DNA of 64,000 nucleotides, taken from NCBI GenBank assembly GCA_023231475.1, contig JALJEE010002622.1:1-64000 (forward strand), in the 5' to 3' direction. Made by a program: the position numbers and the translations under genes. The notes under the pieces are model-generated. The model was not told the origin of the DNA and ran no database searches. It saw nothing but the letters and a program-made list of their open reading frames with translations. Below, piece by piece: positions 39,301 through 52,948 of this stretch (the stretch's first letter is position 1; every line of letters starts with the position of its first letter). The stretch is from Seison nebaliae. Taxonomy: Eukaryota.

Positions 39301-40297
39301 AAAGTGCATCAACCCGAAAGGAGAATGGAAAAAACGAGTCCCTTCTACATTTATTGTTCGGCACCCAATTTGAACGAATACGAATATCCATTTGCAAATA
39401 TCCGGAAAGTTGACAATCTCTCCACCAAATCCACTAATTCGTTATGCGAACGACATCGACGACAAAGAGATGATGACACAATCGAACAGAGAAGGATGGA
39501 AAACGGGGATGAATTGAAGAATGAACTTTCAAATAAGAAAAGGAGGAAAAAGAAGAAAAAGAAGAAAAAGAGAAATGATTTAGAGAGTCGATATCTTCCC
39601 GATAAATTAATTCTGTTGAATGAAATTAGAAAGAAAGAAAATAATAATAATAATAATAATAATAAGAAGAAGAAGAAGAAATGTGAGAGACGACGAAATG
39701 ATATGATTTGTGAGAATGATGAGATGATCAACAATTCAAATTTGGTTAAGAAGAAGAACAATAACAACAACAATAACATTAATTTAACATTGAGTCATTT
39801 GAAGGAGGAGAATATAAATAATATTTCAAATTCGAAAAATTATCCTGATAAGACGGAGAAAGATGAAGAAGGGAAGAAATTGATGAATTTGAAGCAACAA
39901 CAAAATTTACAGGATCGAGAATTATTCTTCTCGTCCATATCGAAAGCGAATGATCGATTGATGAGTTATGATAATTATTGCTCGTCATTCAATCCATCGA
40001 AAAACCGTTTTTATTTTAATCAATTGAAAGATGAGAATAGTTACTGGAAATCGTTTCATGAGAAACATCCCATCGTCTCACCTAACGACTTCTATCGACG
40101 CTTCATCAATCAGACGATGCATCACAATAAAACCGATCCATCATCATTATTCAATCAACTTCCATGTACGATCGACAAATTCGATTATGATATTCAAGAG
40201 GATATCATCGAAAATTTCAAAGAAACTCTCGTTTATTTTTATTTGAAGAAACAACGCGAAGAACATGAAGAACAACAACGACGTCTATTCATCTATC

Positions 40298-40328
<31 letters not shown>

Positions 40329-43300
40329 GAGATTGAAGGATGAACAAACGATAATGATGAAAAATAAGATGATTGGGAAAGACGAGTCGACAGACGACGA
40401 CAAATTGAGAAAAAAGAAAGATCGATTTGTTCGATTGACGAACGAGGAATATTATCAGTTACATTTGGAACATCATCAACGATATCTGGTGATGTTGAAA
40501 CGACAACAAGAGTTGTTGAAGGAAATCGATAAACATCAGTCGAAGAAAGCGTTGAACATTTCCATCAATTCAAAATTGCATTCATTCTTCACATCATTCT
40601 CAAATGGGAAAAAAGGGAAAATTCTTCGTCGTTCCTCGTCCCCGCCTTTATGGAAAAGAGATAATTCAAATCGTTCATCTCAACGAAGTCAAACGACTAA
40701 ATCGATCAAAGATCGAAAGGAACATCGTCGATTGGAACAGAGAACTCGTATGCGAATATCGTCATTGGTGACGATTGAGGACGAGGAGGAGAACGAAGAA
40801 GATTTCGATAAGCTTAGGAGTAATTTAGATGGTGGAAAATGTTTGGTGAGCAAACTGAAAACGAAACAATATAAGAAGAGCAAGAAATTGATAATTGAGG
40901 AACATTTACATAAATTGTTCAATCGAACTAAACTCATAAGTGAGAATGAGAGGATTTCACCCGAAATTGAAACCGAAACAGAAATCCGTCATTCTCTCCA
41001 TAATTCGAATCATTCGAATCAGATACATGACGAAACAGAAACTAATATCTCATTGAAAAAGGAGGAGAATAAAAAGAAAAAAAAACAAACGGAAAGTCCT
41101 GACAAAACTTCATCGAACAATTATAGTAACATCAATTATATAGATGATGGTGATGGTGATGATAATGAAATTGATGGGGATGATGAGGAGAAGAAAGAAA
41201 ATGAAATTGATGAAAATGAAAAAGAAGAAAATGAAGATAATCTCATCGACAACAACAACAACAACAACAAGATGATGAATGAGAAGAAATCGTCATTTGT
41301 TGGTGAGAGAAATACTAAAAATTATTTCCATTCATCACCATCCTTCATCAACTCTTTATGTCGTTGTTTGAGACCGCCGCGTTGTTATGGCGACCGATAT
41401 TTATCAATCTTGTGTCTTATTTTCATTATACTTGTCACATTGATTACATTGTAATTTCCTATTTCTCTTAACTCGATTTTCAACTTCAACAATATCATCT
41501 CATCACTAATCCAATTTATAACACCAACTAACATTGTCATCATCATCATTATCATCAATGGGTTGATGAGAGAGTGATGAATGAGAATCTGCACAACAAC
41601 TGCACAAAAACAAACATGAGAAGAAGAAGGAAAAGAAGAAGAAGAAGAAGGAGAACGGAAGGTTGATTCAACGTGACTGGATTGTCTCGTTTATCGATCG
41701 TTTTCGGAAATGAAACTGACATGACGGAGAGTGAGGAAAGTTGTTCGACGCAAAATCAAAAACGAACGATCAGACGATGAGGCAATATTGAAGAAATTAT
41801 ATAATTAAATTTCTATTTGACAATTTCTTTAAGTTCCCATCATTTCCTGAGTTATCTCCATCATTCCACGCACACTCATCCATACGCACCCCCAGTTCAC
41901 GCACATAACCATCTCGGTTGATATTTAACGTCTCCCAACAATTGTGTATGTTTGTGCATTTATCTATCTATTTATCTCCGTGTGTGTGTGTGTGTGTGTG
42001 TATGTGCGTGCACATGGGTGTGTAAATGTGTGTGTGTGTGTGTGTGTACGGGTTCATAAAGAAATAAAACTTGCTGCAAATTAATCTATTTGTTGTCTCA
42101 CATATTGATATCTTCTCGAAATAAGTTTCTTCTCATTGTCTCAACATCCCTCCTCACATCTACTTTCTTTTTGTTTGGAGGGAGGGATGAGAAAATAATA
42201 TGAGAATTTCCAACGGAATAAAATTGATCATCCTCAATTTGCACGAAGAAATAAAATCACAAATATCTTTTGGAAACAACAAATCATCATCGTTCGCGAT
42301 TATCCTTCAATAATCATTATCGAAATAGATTCCTCTTAACTTTCACTTAAAGAATTTTCCCTTGCACTTTCGTTCGTTACTTTCCTTCGTTCCGACATGC
42401 CGCTACACTTTCTTGATCGAATCAAGTTAATTCCATCGTAATTGTCAACATGATCGTCTCGATCTCCTGCACATCCTTCCTCTCATTTCTCTATTCCTTC
42501 CTATACACAAGAAATTATCGCCCCAAATCTGTCTTACTAATACATTGCGCTTTCCACATAAACTTCGACGGTTTCCCAACCATCTCCCTCGAAAGACGAT
42601 GAGAGAGATAACTGAAATCAGAGACAAATCCGTCACCTTCTCCCATCCGATTCGACTGGAACGGTTGAGAAAATTTGAAATTTATTTGAAAAGAAATTTT
42701 TTGAAAAAGTGGAGGGGAGAACGGATGTCAATGGAAAGAAAGGAAAGTTGTTGGTAAATGATAAATGAGATGCGAATAATGATGGAACAATTTTCAGATT
42801 ATCATCGTCATGTACTTTTTTGGGGGAAGGATAAAAAAACTAGAAATGATGAACATAAGAACGACGGAGAATGTTTGCTGTTGATGACGTCTATTGTTTG
42901 AAAAAAAATTTTTTTTTTCAAAAGTTTTCTTTTCCATTATTCATTCATCTTCTTCTGCTTCTTCTTCTTCTTCTTCCTTCTCCCCCTCCCTCCACTACTT
43001 AGCAGAGAAAGAATGACGATTATGATGGGAAGAAGAATAAAAAGAAAATTCATAAAGAAGAAGTTCTCGATCAAAAATATTTTGTGTATCTTCTCTCTCT
43101 CTCTCTCTCTCTCGTCCGTTGTGCACACAAAAATAATCGACGGATGAACAACATGACGTCGTCATTATCATCATCATCGTCTTCGTTGTTGTTGTTGTTG
43201 TTGTCGTCGTCGGCGACTTTGAAGGAGGGATGATATTTACGAGATAGAAATTACAATTGATTTTCTTCTGATAAATATTTTGTTATTTTCAATTGGAAAT

Positions 43301-46300
43301 ATCAGTAGATTCACATTTTGATTCACTTGTCTCTTCACTCGGTGTGTGTGTGTGTGTGTATGTGTGTGTGTGTGTGTGGGTGCGCGTGTGAGCAATTGGA
43401 TGAAATCTATTGGAAAATGAATTCATAACCGAACCAATTCCATGTTGAGCAGAGAAGTATTACTTAATAATTGTGTTGCTCATTTCAAATTCTATCCAGT
43501 TCATTCATCGAATTAGCACTTATATTCAATTCAATTCAATTCACTCATGCTCCTTTCACTTATTCATTCCTCATATTGATATATCAATTTATTGGAGACA
43601 ACGATTCCTCCCAGCAAACCATCTATGATTATTATGCCGATAACTATCCATTTCGCCAAGAAGAATTTCTTCCAAATCATCCTCCTCCCCCTCTTCTTCC
43701 TCTTCCTTCTATTCTCTCAATTCATCTATCAATCTTATCTCATCTAATCTCATCCAATTCAATTCAATTCAATTCCATCACTCACAATCATCTCAGTTCA
43801 ATTAGTCATCTAACTCAATCGATCCACAATCATGTTTTGGTCCAACACAATAAGTGCAACCTCGGAAAAAAGTTACTAATTCTCATTTCATTTCATTACT
43901 TTTTACCTCGTTCAATAATCATCATTAATCATGAGAGATATCGACGGAGAATTTGAATTTTATTAATGACATTGATAGGAAGTGAAATAATGAAAATTGG
44001 TGAGGAAAGAATTATTGATTTAACTCAGGAAACTGATTCCCATAAAAATGAAAACATATGTGTTTTCCTTCCTGTCTCTCCCAAATGGAAGGTCAAATCG
44101 ACATCATACCATCAATAAAAATAAATGATGGTATCCTCTTCCTCCTCGTCTGTCGTGGACGACATGTGCATAAGAACGGAACGATTGTTGTGAAATGTTG
44201 TGTAGGGGAGACATGTCCTCCAATTCCTTATCGAACAATTACAATTTTCTCCTTTTTTTTTCAAATTTATTCAAAATTCTCACGTGATTATTGTTGCTAA
44301 TCAGTTGAATGAAATGGCATTCGAATGCAATTTGATCGAGGTCATTTTTCGAAAAGTTCTTCCACCTAACCTACCATTTCCAAATACCCCTCAAAATGAA
44401 TTAGTGGAAAATGTTTTGTGGAAGAAACTAATTATTTCATTCCATCTTCAATACCATCTTTATTCAAGATTCCATTGGAATCATGATTTATTCAAGATAA
44501 TCTAGCCTCGTTCGAGATTCGTGCAGAAAGACATGTATCAGAACATGAGATTATCGATTATTAAAAGGAAACTAATTCGGCCGTATCAGGAAAAATATGT
44601 CATGTCCGAATATTTCCCCACCCGACTTTCTCCTACTACGAATCGGTCACGTAATTAATGATAAAGGATGGGCGAAAATTCAGAACGGATCATTGATATC
44701 ATAAGAAATGAGTTTAGTTGATCAAAAAAAAAGGATAAGAAGCAGTCGATGGAGGAGATGTTACGGAAGAATGAGATAATATTAATAAGAATACATTCCT
44801 CGCCTCCCCACCAATATCGGACAAGTAGAATTGAATAAGAAATTTCGAGAGAAATTCATTTCCATTTCCATCAAAATATCAACACCGAATTGGAGAAGGT
44901 ACATATGCTCGTCGTCATCGTCGGCGTGTTGTGGAGGAGAAATGTAATTTTCATTTATTGGAAAAAACTTTATTTATTTGGAGTATGATTCCCCTCGATT
45001 GGAATTGGAGAAATGAACAAGTCGTTCATGCTCCAAACACAAACGAACACACACACACACACACACAGACACATAGACACATAGACACACACACATTAGC
45101 ACACACAGTTCACGATGGGGAGTAATTGGTGAATGATCGGCCTCTAATCATAATGCTCCAAAAGGAAACAAATGAAAAGTTTACAGTCTAATAATGTCAT
45201 AAATTATGAAGAAGGGAGTATCGGATACATTTACCTTCTAAAAGAAATACATCTCATTCCCATTTTTCTCCTCTTTATTTATTCACACTGTTCTCCCCGC
45301 AGTTACCAGTTAACGGTAAGTCGCCTGTCTATCCTATCTTTCTCCCCATATTATTCATCCTGAATATCGACTGCTCATTTTTTTGTTGTTGTTGTTGTTG
45401 TTGTTGTCAGTCCTCCATCTCAACCAACACATATCGGGAAGTAGAAATTGGTAAGACGATATACGTTGAATTTACAGAAAAATACATCGGAAGAAGGTAA
45501 AGTTATAATAGAATCTTTCATTTATATGTCTGATGAGACACAATAATAATGATCATTCACATCAAATCCTAATCACCATTATCATTGTGATTTATTCTTT
45601 CGTATTCTTCCTCATCCTCCTCCTCCTCCTGCTCCTCACATCATTTCTCCAAAGATAAACATCGAAAATTAATGAGGCAATTCAAAATGGCGACGGAAAA
45701 AAAATCACAAAATTTTCTCTCATCCAATTTTTTGAGAGAATTGTCGATGAATTTGTCAGGTGATATTACAATCTCACAATTGAATAAGGGAAGATTTAGA
45801 GGAGATCGGAGAAAATTGAGAAGGAATTAAAAGTAGTTATTAAAAAGGTTTAGACGCACTTATGATTGGGAGAAAGATTGGGAGAGAATTTAGATGGTAT
45901 TCTATCGCCATCGAGATTGTTGAGTGGAAGGACAGAACAGGACAGGACACTCATTCATATCAATATTCATAGAATTATTCATTCCCTTCTCCCTTCATTC
46001 ATAATAAGAGGAGAAATTAAATAAGAAATATTCATGTATTTCCATCAACTCGATACAGGATAATGAAAGTGAATGAGAGTCATCGGGTCAACATGAAAAG
46101 TTTTAGCCGGAAAATTATTTGAAAAGAAAAGAAATTTTGCACAATTAGGGATTTGAGTAGTTTTTTTTTTTGAATGGAAATTTATCCATTTCAACTCCAA
46201 CTTAATAATGGATTAAATGAAGTTAAATGAATTTAATCGAAATGAAAGTGAATGGAGAAGATCGAGTGAAGTTTAATTAATATAGATGGTAATATAAACG

Positions 46301-49158
46301 GAAGTACATCCGCTTTGTATTAATGAAAATATAGAAGAGTTTCATGTCCTGGCATTCGCCAATCGGTCGTCATGACATTACATCCCAAACTTTTCCATTC
46401 GCCACTCATTAAAGTTTTTAAAAGGAAACGCTTATCAGAAAATAGTGTTGGAGTAAAAGTGATATAGGGAGATGGAAGGAATGAATGACGGAATAGGAGA
46501 ATGTTTACATGACAATTATCATAAGTATGGTGAAATGTATTTGAATATATTGATAATTATTGTGTTGAATTCCACCGCAATTATTTACAATTATCATTCC
46601 GAATGATGTTGAATGGGAGATGGTGTACTAGAAGGGATGGACATGACGAAATAATTTTATGGTTGTGCACTTTGTGAGCAGTGACCGAATGTCTTCATAT
46701 TCGCACATTGTCTAATGGTTTTTTTTTTTTTTGAATTTTGATTATTTTTCTTTGGATGTGTGGGGGAAAATGTGAGAGATTGTATGTGAGTGAGTGAAGG
46801 GATTGGAAGAAATTTAACTTTCACATTAGAAATGAGAGGAAGGAAAAGGAGTGGAATGAGAGAGAAAGGAACATTATCGACTAATATGATATTGGTGGAT
46901 ATGTATTTGTTCGTTTATGAAAGTAAAGTATATGCATCAATCAATTTAGTTTCGATTTAACTATTGATATGGATATAGAGGGATGGTAACAAATGTAAAA
47001 TAATGTCAATCTATCAATCAATTGGAAGGGAATGTACTAAATGTCCGATTGGACATGATATGACGGAAAGGACGGCGAATAATCATCGTATCGTTATCAT
47101 CAAGAGAATTGGTGGGAGATGACGGAAGGAGATGATTGTTTATGAGATTGGCGAGAAGCACTTTATTTACTAAACTAAACTAACTGTAAGCTAAGTTGAT
47201 CGAGTTAAGCAGATGATAAATTCGTCAATTTTCTCGTTATGAAAATAATTCTCATTTTTCGGACATCAGCAGTTTGAATGATTGAGGATGGAATGGGAAG
47301 GAGATTGAGATGAGAAAGTTGAAAATATTGTTTCATCGATATAAGACTGTTTTCCTTCATTCTTCCGTTATTGATGGGAGAAGGCAATTTATAAACGATA
47401 TCCATCTTTCCAGAGAAGATGTGCGGAGATGAGAGGATAGTCGGAGATTCAAACCATCAGGAGAAAGTTGAAAATGAAACGAATGATAAATAATCTGATG
47501 GGTAATGATAGTGATGATGAATATGGTAAGTAGATGATATACACACACATACACACATCGACACACATAGATATATATGCGTGGAATATGAAATTGATAT
47601 ATGTATATCTGGAAAGGATGTATGATGGAAAGAAGGAAAGGAAGGAATGAATGAAAGAATATTATTTGTAAAGAAATAGATGTGATATAAAATGGAAGAA
47701 GATTTTGATTTAATCATCAATACATGATGAGTTCATTATGAAAATAAATAAGTTGAAAGAATGTGAACTGGCAAATGGGATGCTTATCATTCCCCCTCTT
47801 CTCTATCGAGCGCTTAATCAGTTCTAATCAAAGAATCTATATCCATTTTCATCAACTAATCCATGTATATCAATCGAGTGAGTGACTCGATCAATTTCTC
47901 TAATTCTTCCTCTTTCATCAATTTACTTCATTATCAAATGAATGAATAATAATAATAATACTAATAATAATCATTATCAAAATGACCATCATCATCATCG
48001 CTTTAATAATTAAATAATTATAATAATAATTATTATTGTGAGGAATATTTAGATTTCTTCCAATCTCATCATCATCATCATGATTGGTCGTGAGGAGAGT
48101 AGATGTTTCCAAACATCATCTTCATTCCAATTCATTATCTGATGTATATGCAATTGTTACATATGTGCAGTAGAGGAAGAATGTTTTTGACGATTGGGAG
48201 AATGGGGGAAAAAGGAGATATTGGAACTAGAACTTTAAGAAAAATGGTAGCAATGTTCGTCGATCGACAAATGACTTGCTGTCAATCACACACGTATAAC
48301 ATTGAGAGAGTTTAGAGAGGAGAAAGGTCGAATAAAATTAAAAGAATTTTCTATTTTCCATTTTCAAACTTATTAAATTGTTGTTAATTTCATTGCGTAG
48401 ATTTGACAGTTAGTAAGGTCCATCGAGATTATGCATTAGCCTTACGAGGAAACAAACCATTTGGGACACATTATCAACCTTATCTCCACTATCCACAACA
48501 TCATTTACATCCGACTCAACATCTTCATCGTCTACCGGATTATAAAGATATCGGGAAGAGTCATTCCGTTTTCGCTCCAAGACACAATTTACATCCTCAT
48601 CACTTTCAACAACAACAACAACAACAACAATGTTATCCTCATCAGGAACAAGCACTTTATCAACAACAACAACAACAACAACAACAACAGTATAAATTGA
48701 ATAATGAGAATGTTTCATCGTTGTATTTGTCGTCGAATCATTATCAAGAATTGGTTGATTTGCCAAAAGTGAATTTAGGAGCGGAACAATTATCACATAA
48801 GCCAAACAGGGAACTACTAGTCAATCAGTTAGTGGATGAGAATATCAAATATTTTCAGCCAACGACTAATGTATCATCGTCGCCGTTAACGCGGCCCCAA
48901 TTGACGAGAGGGCGAACATTCAATTTTGACACGGAGAATTGGGCGGCTGGCCATTTGACAAATCCAATAATTCCCCAAACCACTCTCGGTCATTCCAACA
49001 ACAATAAAGAGAATTCTATCGGAATTATTAATGTTTCTTCAAATAACTCGAATCACTTATCTAAATCCATTGACATATCATACATCGAAGCACAAACTAA
49101 TCATTCACCTACCTATCATTCTCATCAGACATTGAACGATATCAAATTAGTTATATCC

Positions 49159-49216
<58 letters not shown>

Positions 49217-50283
49217 TTCAAAATCTAATCAGTAATCGAATAGTTGAAGGGAATGGAAAGAATGATGAAGATGTAGATGGAGAATGGGAGAAAAATAATA
49301 AACGGAAAAAGAAAACAAATGAACGAAGCATAAAGTTACGTTCGCCATTTCCTCAAAATTTTAAACGTCAGAAAGTTAACGAAGAGAAGAACGGTGAAGA
49401 GTTATCATTCGATTCATATGGTCATTCACATTACAATCGACTCTATTCGCCGTCTAGTGAGAGGCATCAGAATCCTAATTATTCATTATTATCATTGAAA
49501 ACTTTCAAATCGACGACTGCAACAAACAATCCCTCAAATACATCATCCGTCTCATCGAAGAAGTTAGCGGCAGGTGGTACATCCTTCCTCCACCTCCTTC
49601 AACTTCCCTTTCATTTTCTCCGAAAGAAGAATTCTTCAAACCGTCACACTCACCATCAACTTCCTGAAACGAGTCAGAACATCACCCAACAACAACAACA
49701 ACAACCAGAAGATCATGACAGAGATTTATATGATAAAGATTTGTTGAATCGAACTGAATCGTCGAAGGTAAATCGGAGAGGTAGTCAATCCGTTTCCCTA
49801 TCGAATCATTCATGTGATAAAGTGATAAATCAAATTTCGACACAACCCACTATTGGAGAAGAAACTCCGGAGAACAATTGTACATCATCTCCGAACTCGA
49901 CTCATTTGCGAAGTGAAGAAGAGAATCATCGTGAAAATCAGGAAATTTCTCATAAATCAATATCGGATATTAATCAGTCATTACACAACTCAACTAAACA
50001 GATTATTATGCCGCTCTTATCTCTCCGTAACTCATCGGCAGCAATGAATTACGCAGCATCAGGCGATGCCGCTAAAAACCTGATTTCCGTTGGCGCCGGT
50101 GGCGCTCTCATGGGTGCAACCGTCATAGGTAGTGGTGTCAATTATCGATTTTTCAATGCTCGTCGTGGGAAATATAATCCGAATTTTTATTTCAATCGAT
50201 ATATCAATCGACAACGACGACAAAAGAAATCGAATCGTCGTCGTTCCTCTCAAACGAACGATTCAACAACAAACAACAACAAC

Positions 50284-50315
<32 letters not shown>

Positions 50316-52050
50316 TAATAATAGTCGTTTATCAATAAGTAATCATCAATCGAAATTAAATATTTATGATGATGGTGAAAGGAAACCATCATCGACGACA
50401 ATTCAAATCGAATCACAATCCAAATCGTCGACGAAGGAAATTTTTATGGGAATTCTCTTCATATTGGCCGGTCTCTCTCTACTCATAACGGGCATCGTCG
50501 TCATTCGAATGAGTTCGCGTCATTCTGTGTATTGTGTGGGTGAAAATCCGTCACAAACGACGATGTCGACGATTAAATCGGAAGGGGGAGAATCGGTGGA
50601 TGATGATGAATCGAATCCATCCGTTATTCTCACTATCACCACTAACGTTACCACGTCGATGATAGGAGAGGGAGATGAAAAAATGGAAAAATTTATTTTT
50701 GGACTTCCTTTATGTTCGTCACCTGTTCGAGTTCTCTCTCTCATATTTATCGTGTGTGGAATTCTCATGTTATTCATTGGCATCACTCTCACTTGGTACA
50801 CGACAAAATGCTCAAATGTGTCGAATGGAACTCTCCTCTCTTCGCCGCATCTTCTCATTTCGCCCGTCTCTCAACAACATCTCACGATGGATCAGAAGAA
50901 TGTGAACATAACGTCATCATATCTCTCATTGGAACCGGTGTCATCAAATCGAATACGAGCTGGAAATGTGACTACACACCAACAACGTAAATCGGTCGAC
51001 GTCATTCATAATCATATTCAATCGATCGACTCTCAATTAGAGGAATCGAATAACGATTTTCAACCGAACGATGATCATTATATTCTCACTTCTAATCAAT
51101 CTTTATCATCAAATCGTCATCATTCGATCGCCACCAATCACAGGAATAGCAAAGAGGAAGATCTCATCAAACACATCGATAATCAACTCACACCGATGCA
51201 ATGTGAATCGGAGAACGAGGAGGCCATCATGACCGGTACATCGAGTTGCACTCATTTCACACAACATCAAAAAACGAATTCGATATCAGAATGAAAAATT
51301 ATTTATGGAAATTTCAAAAATTATATGGAAAAATTTGTGGAAAATTTAAAATGAAGATTTCTCTTTCGGAAACATTCCCCTTATAGATTTGAAGGAAAAA
51401 AAAGACACTTTATATCCTCTCTACACCATATAAACGATGAAAAATATGAGACGAATAAAAATTTTAGTTTTATTCATTTAAATTTTTGAATTATCCGAGA
51501 AATACCTCTCTCTCAACATTTTCTTTCAGAGAACAATTTCTCTCTTCATTTTCCATTTCCAATTTTAATTGATTGGAAGAAAAACGGAAAATTTCCGTCA
51601 TTTCACACTCCACCCCAAAAAGTAAAAGTTTACTAACATATCAATTGAGCTGCTGTATTTACCAAAAACATTCTTCCACTGCGGGAAGAAGATTTCACAA
51701 TAAAATGATTTTCTCTTAAAAGTTTTTAACTGTCTGGTCGAGTTCGTTTGACTTCGGTGGGACGATTGGCCACAACTGAAATATTTCACCATTGAGAATT
51801 TTGGAGGAAAAAATGAAAAATTTAAATAACATCGAACGATGATAAGAGAATCACTGCTGATTTGTAATTGTCTCATCGTCTTTCTCATATCCTTCACATG
51901 CATGTCATTTACCATCAGTTTGAGATTGGACGCGGGAATTTGGAGTTGATGTCGAATGAGATCAACAACCTCACCGAAGAGAGTCTGATGATCAATTTCG
52001 ATGGTACCCGATTCCTGCCTATCCTCATAATAATAATTCACGTTGAACAT
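33303..52050 (-). CDS. DDI1: DDI1/DDI2-like UBL + retroviral-type aspartyl protease (~309 aa) split by a ~17.5 kb intron
   Basis: Protease part is clear: [10 protein letters not shown]...[17 protein letters not shown]...[20 protein letters not shown]...[19 protein letters not shown]...[17 protein letters not shown] (exons 34155-34095, 34041-33914, 33857-33729, 33683-33580, 33536-33303). UBL exon 52050-51838 plus small exons 51775-51731 and 51678-51663 join in phase through intron 51662-34156. The long-range join is inferred. Confidence 0.8.
37063..41454 (+). CDS. 1463-codon low-complexity ORF ending in a transmembrane helix; probably exon 1 of a larger nested gene
   Basis: Uninterrupted 4.4-kb ORF in AT-rich DNA; H/Q/N/D/K tracts; ends [17 protein letters not shown] with a GTAATT donor overlapping the last codon and stop (41451). 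No recognisable domain. Confidence 0.8.
41980..42047. repeat. (GT)n microsatellites
   Basis: Two GT runs at 41980-42001 and ~42028-42047; similar runs at ~43342-43378 and (CA)n at ~45047-45066. Confidence 0.9.
45303..45450 (+). CDS. Two candidate micro-exons (13 nt at 45303-45315; 40 nt at 45411-45450)
   Basis: TTCTCCCCGCAG|TTACCAGTTAACG|GTAAGT and GTTGTCAG|TCC...ATTG|GTAAGA. Phases (2 in, 0, 1 out) exactly bridge the donor at 41451 and the acceptor at 48400 without a stop. Confidence 0.5.
48401..51294 (+). CDS. Large terminal exon: low-complexity protein with two transmembrane helices
   Basis: Open 2.9 kb directly after acceptor TTCATTGCGTAG (48400), with no in-frame ATG for over 500 codons, so upstream exons are likely. 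TM segments [22 protein letters not shown] and [23 protein letters not shown] with two Cys in the loop; (AAT)n poly-Asn near 49158-49215. Confidence 0.8.
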
Positions 52051-52948
52051 TTCTCTTTCTCTTCCTGTTTAATTCTCTTGTCTGAAGTAGTTCCAAATTA
52101 AAAATAGAAAAGTGTATGGAATAACCTCAATTTCAATTTCATATATTCAATTTGTCTTTTACTTGTGAGTTCGCTAAGCTTAAGGAATAAACGAGTTTCG
52201 CACCGTTTCACACAGTCTCTTGAGTGATGACTCGTTGATCTTGTTGCTGGCCAAATCTCTGGCTGCTCATCGGTACAATAAGTACAAAATAAATCCTGAT
52301 AATATGATCATTAGTCCGTCATTGACGTTTTGATGAACACGAAATTTATCAACCGAAAACTAATTGAAGAAGTCAACTAAAATCCCTTCAACATTCAGCC
52401 AATACCAATTTTTCTACCTTAGAATTAATCTGTGCATTCAATTTGCACCAAAAGTGCATCATTTTAATAATTTCCTTATAGTGTCACAATTTTACCCCCA
52501 AATATTACCATTCGTGCTGAAAAATACAAATCATTCTTAAGTTGGTAGTAAGTGGTAGTTGAAGATAAAGTATTTCCAACATTAAAATCAATATTTAAAT
52601 TTTTAAATTCGAAACTTATAATATACCACAATTAATTTATATGAGCTGTTGTTTTTGAGAGGTATTATAACCATATTAACCATGATTTTTGAATAGGAAT
52701 CATATGAAAATCATCGAATTTATCGAATGGAAAAAACAGTCTTTTGAGAGTGTACACTTTGAATGACATAATAGTTTATCTCCATATAATTAATGTCTTT
52801 TACATCTGAATTTCCAGGCAATCTGAATTACTGGAATCTTCATCTATATGTTGATCGATAAACATTCTCACCAAATAAGCACCACAGTCTTTTAAACGTT
52901 TCTTAACCTAATTCGTCGAACTTGAAATTTTTAATTGAGATATCCATT

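Noticed and set aside
52224..52300. Possible C/D box snoRNA (GTGATGA...CTGA)
   Set aside because: No terminal stem or recognisable guide; such boxes are frequent by chance in this composition.
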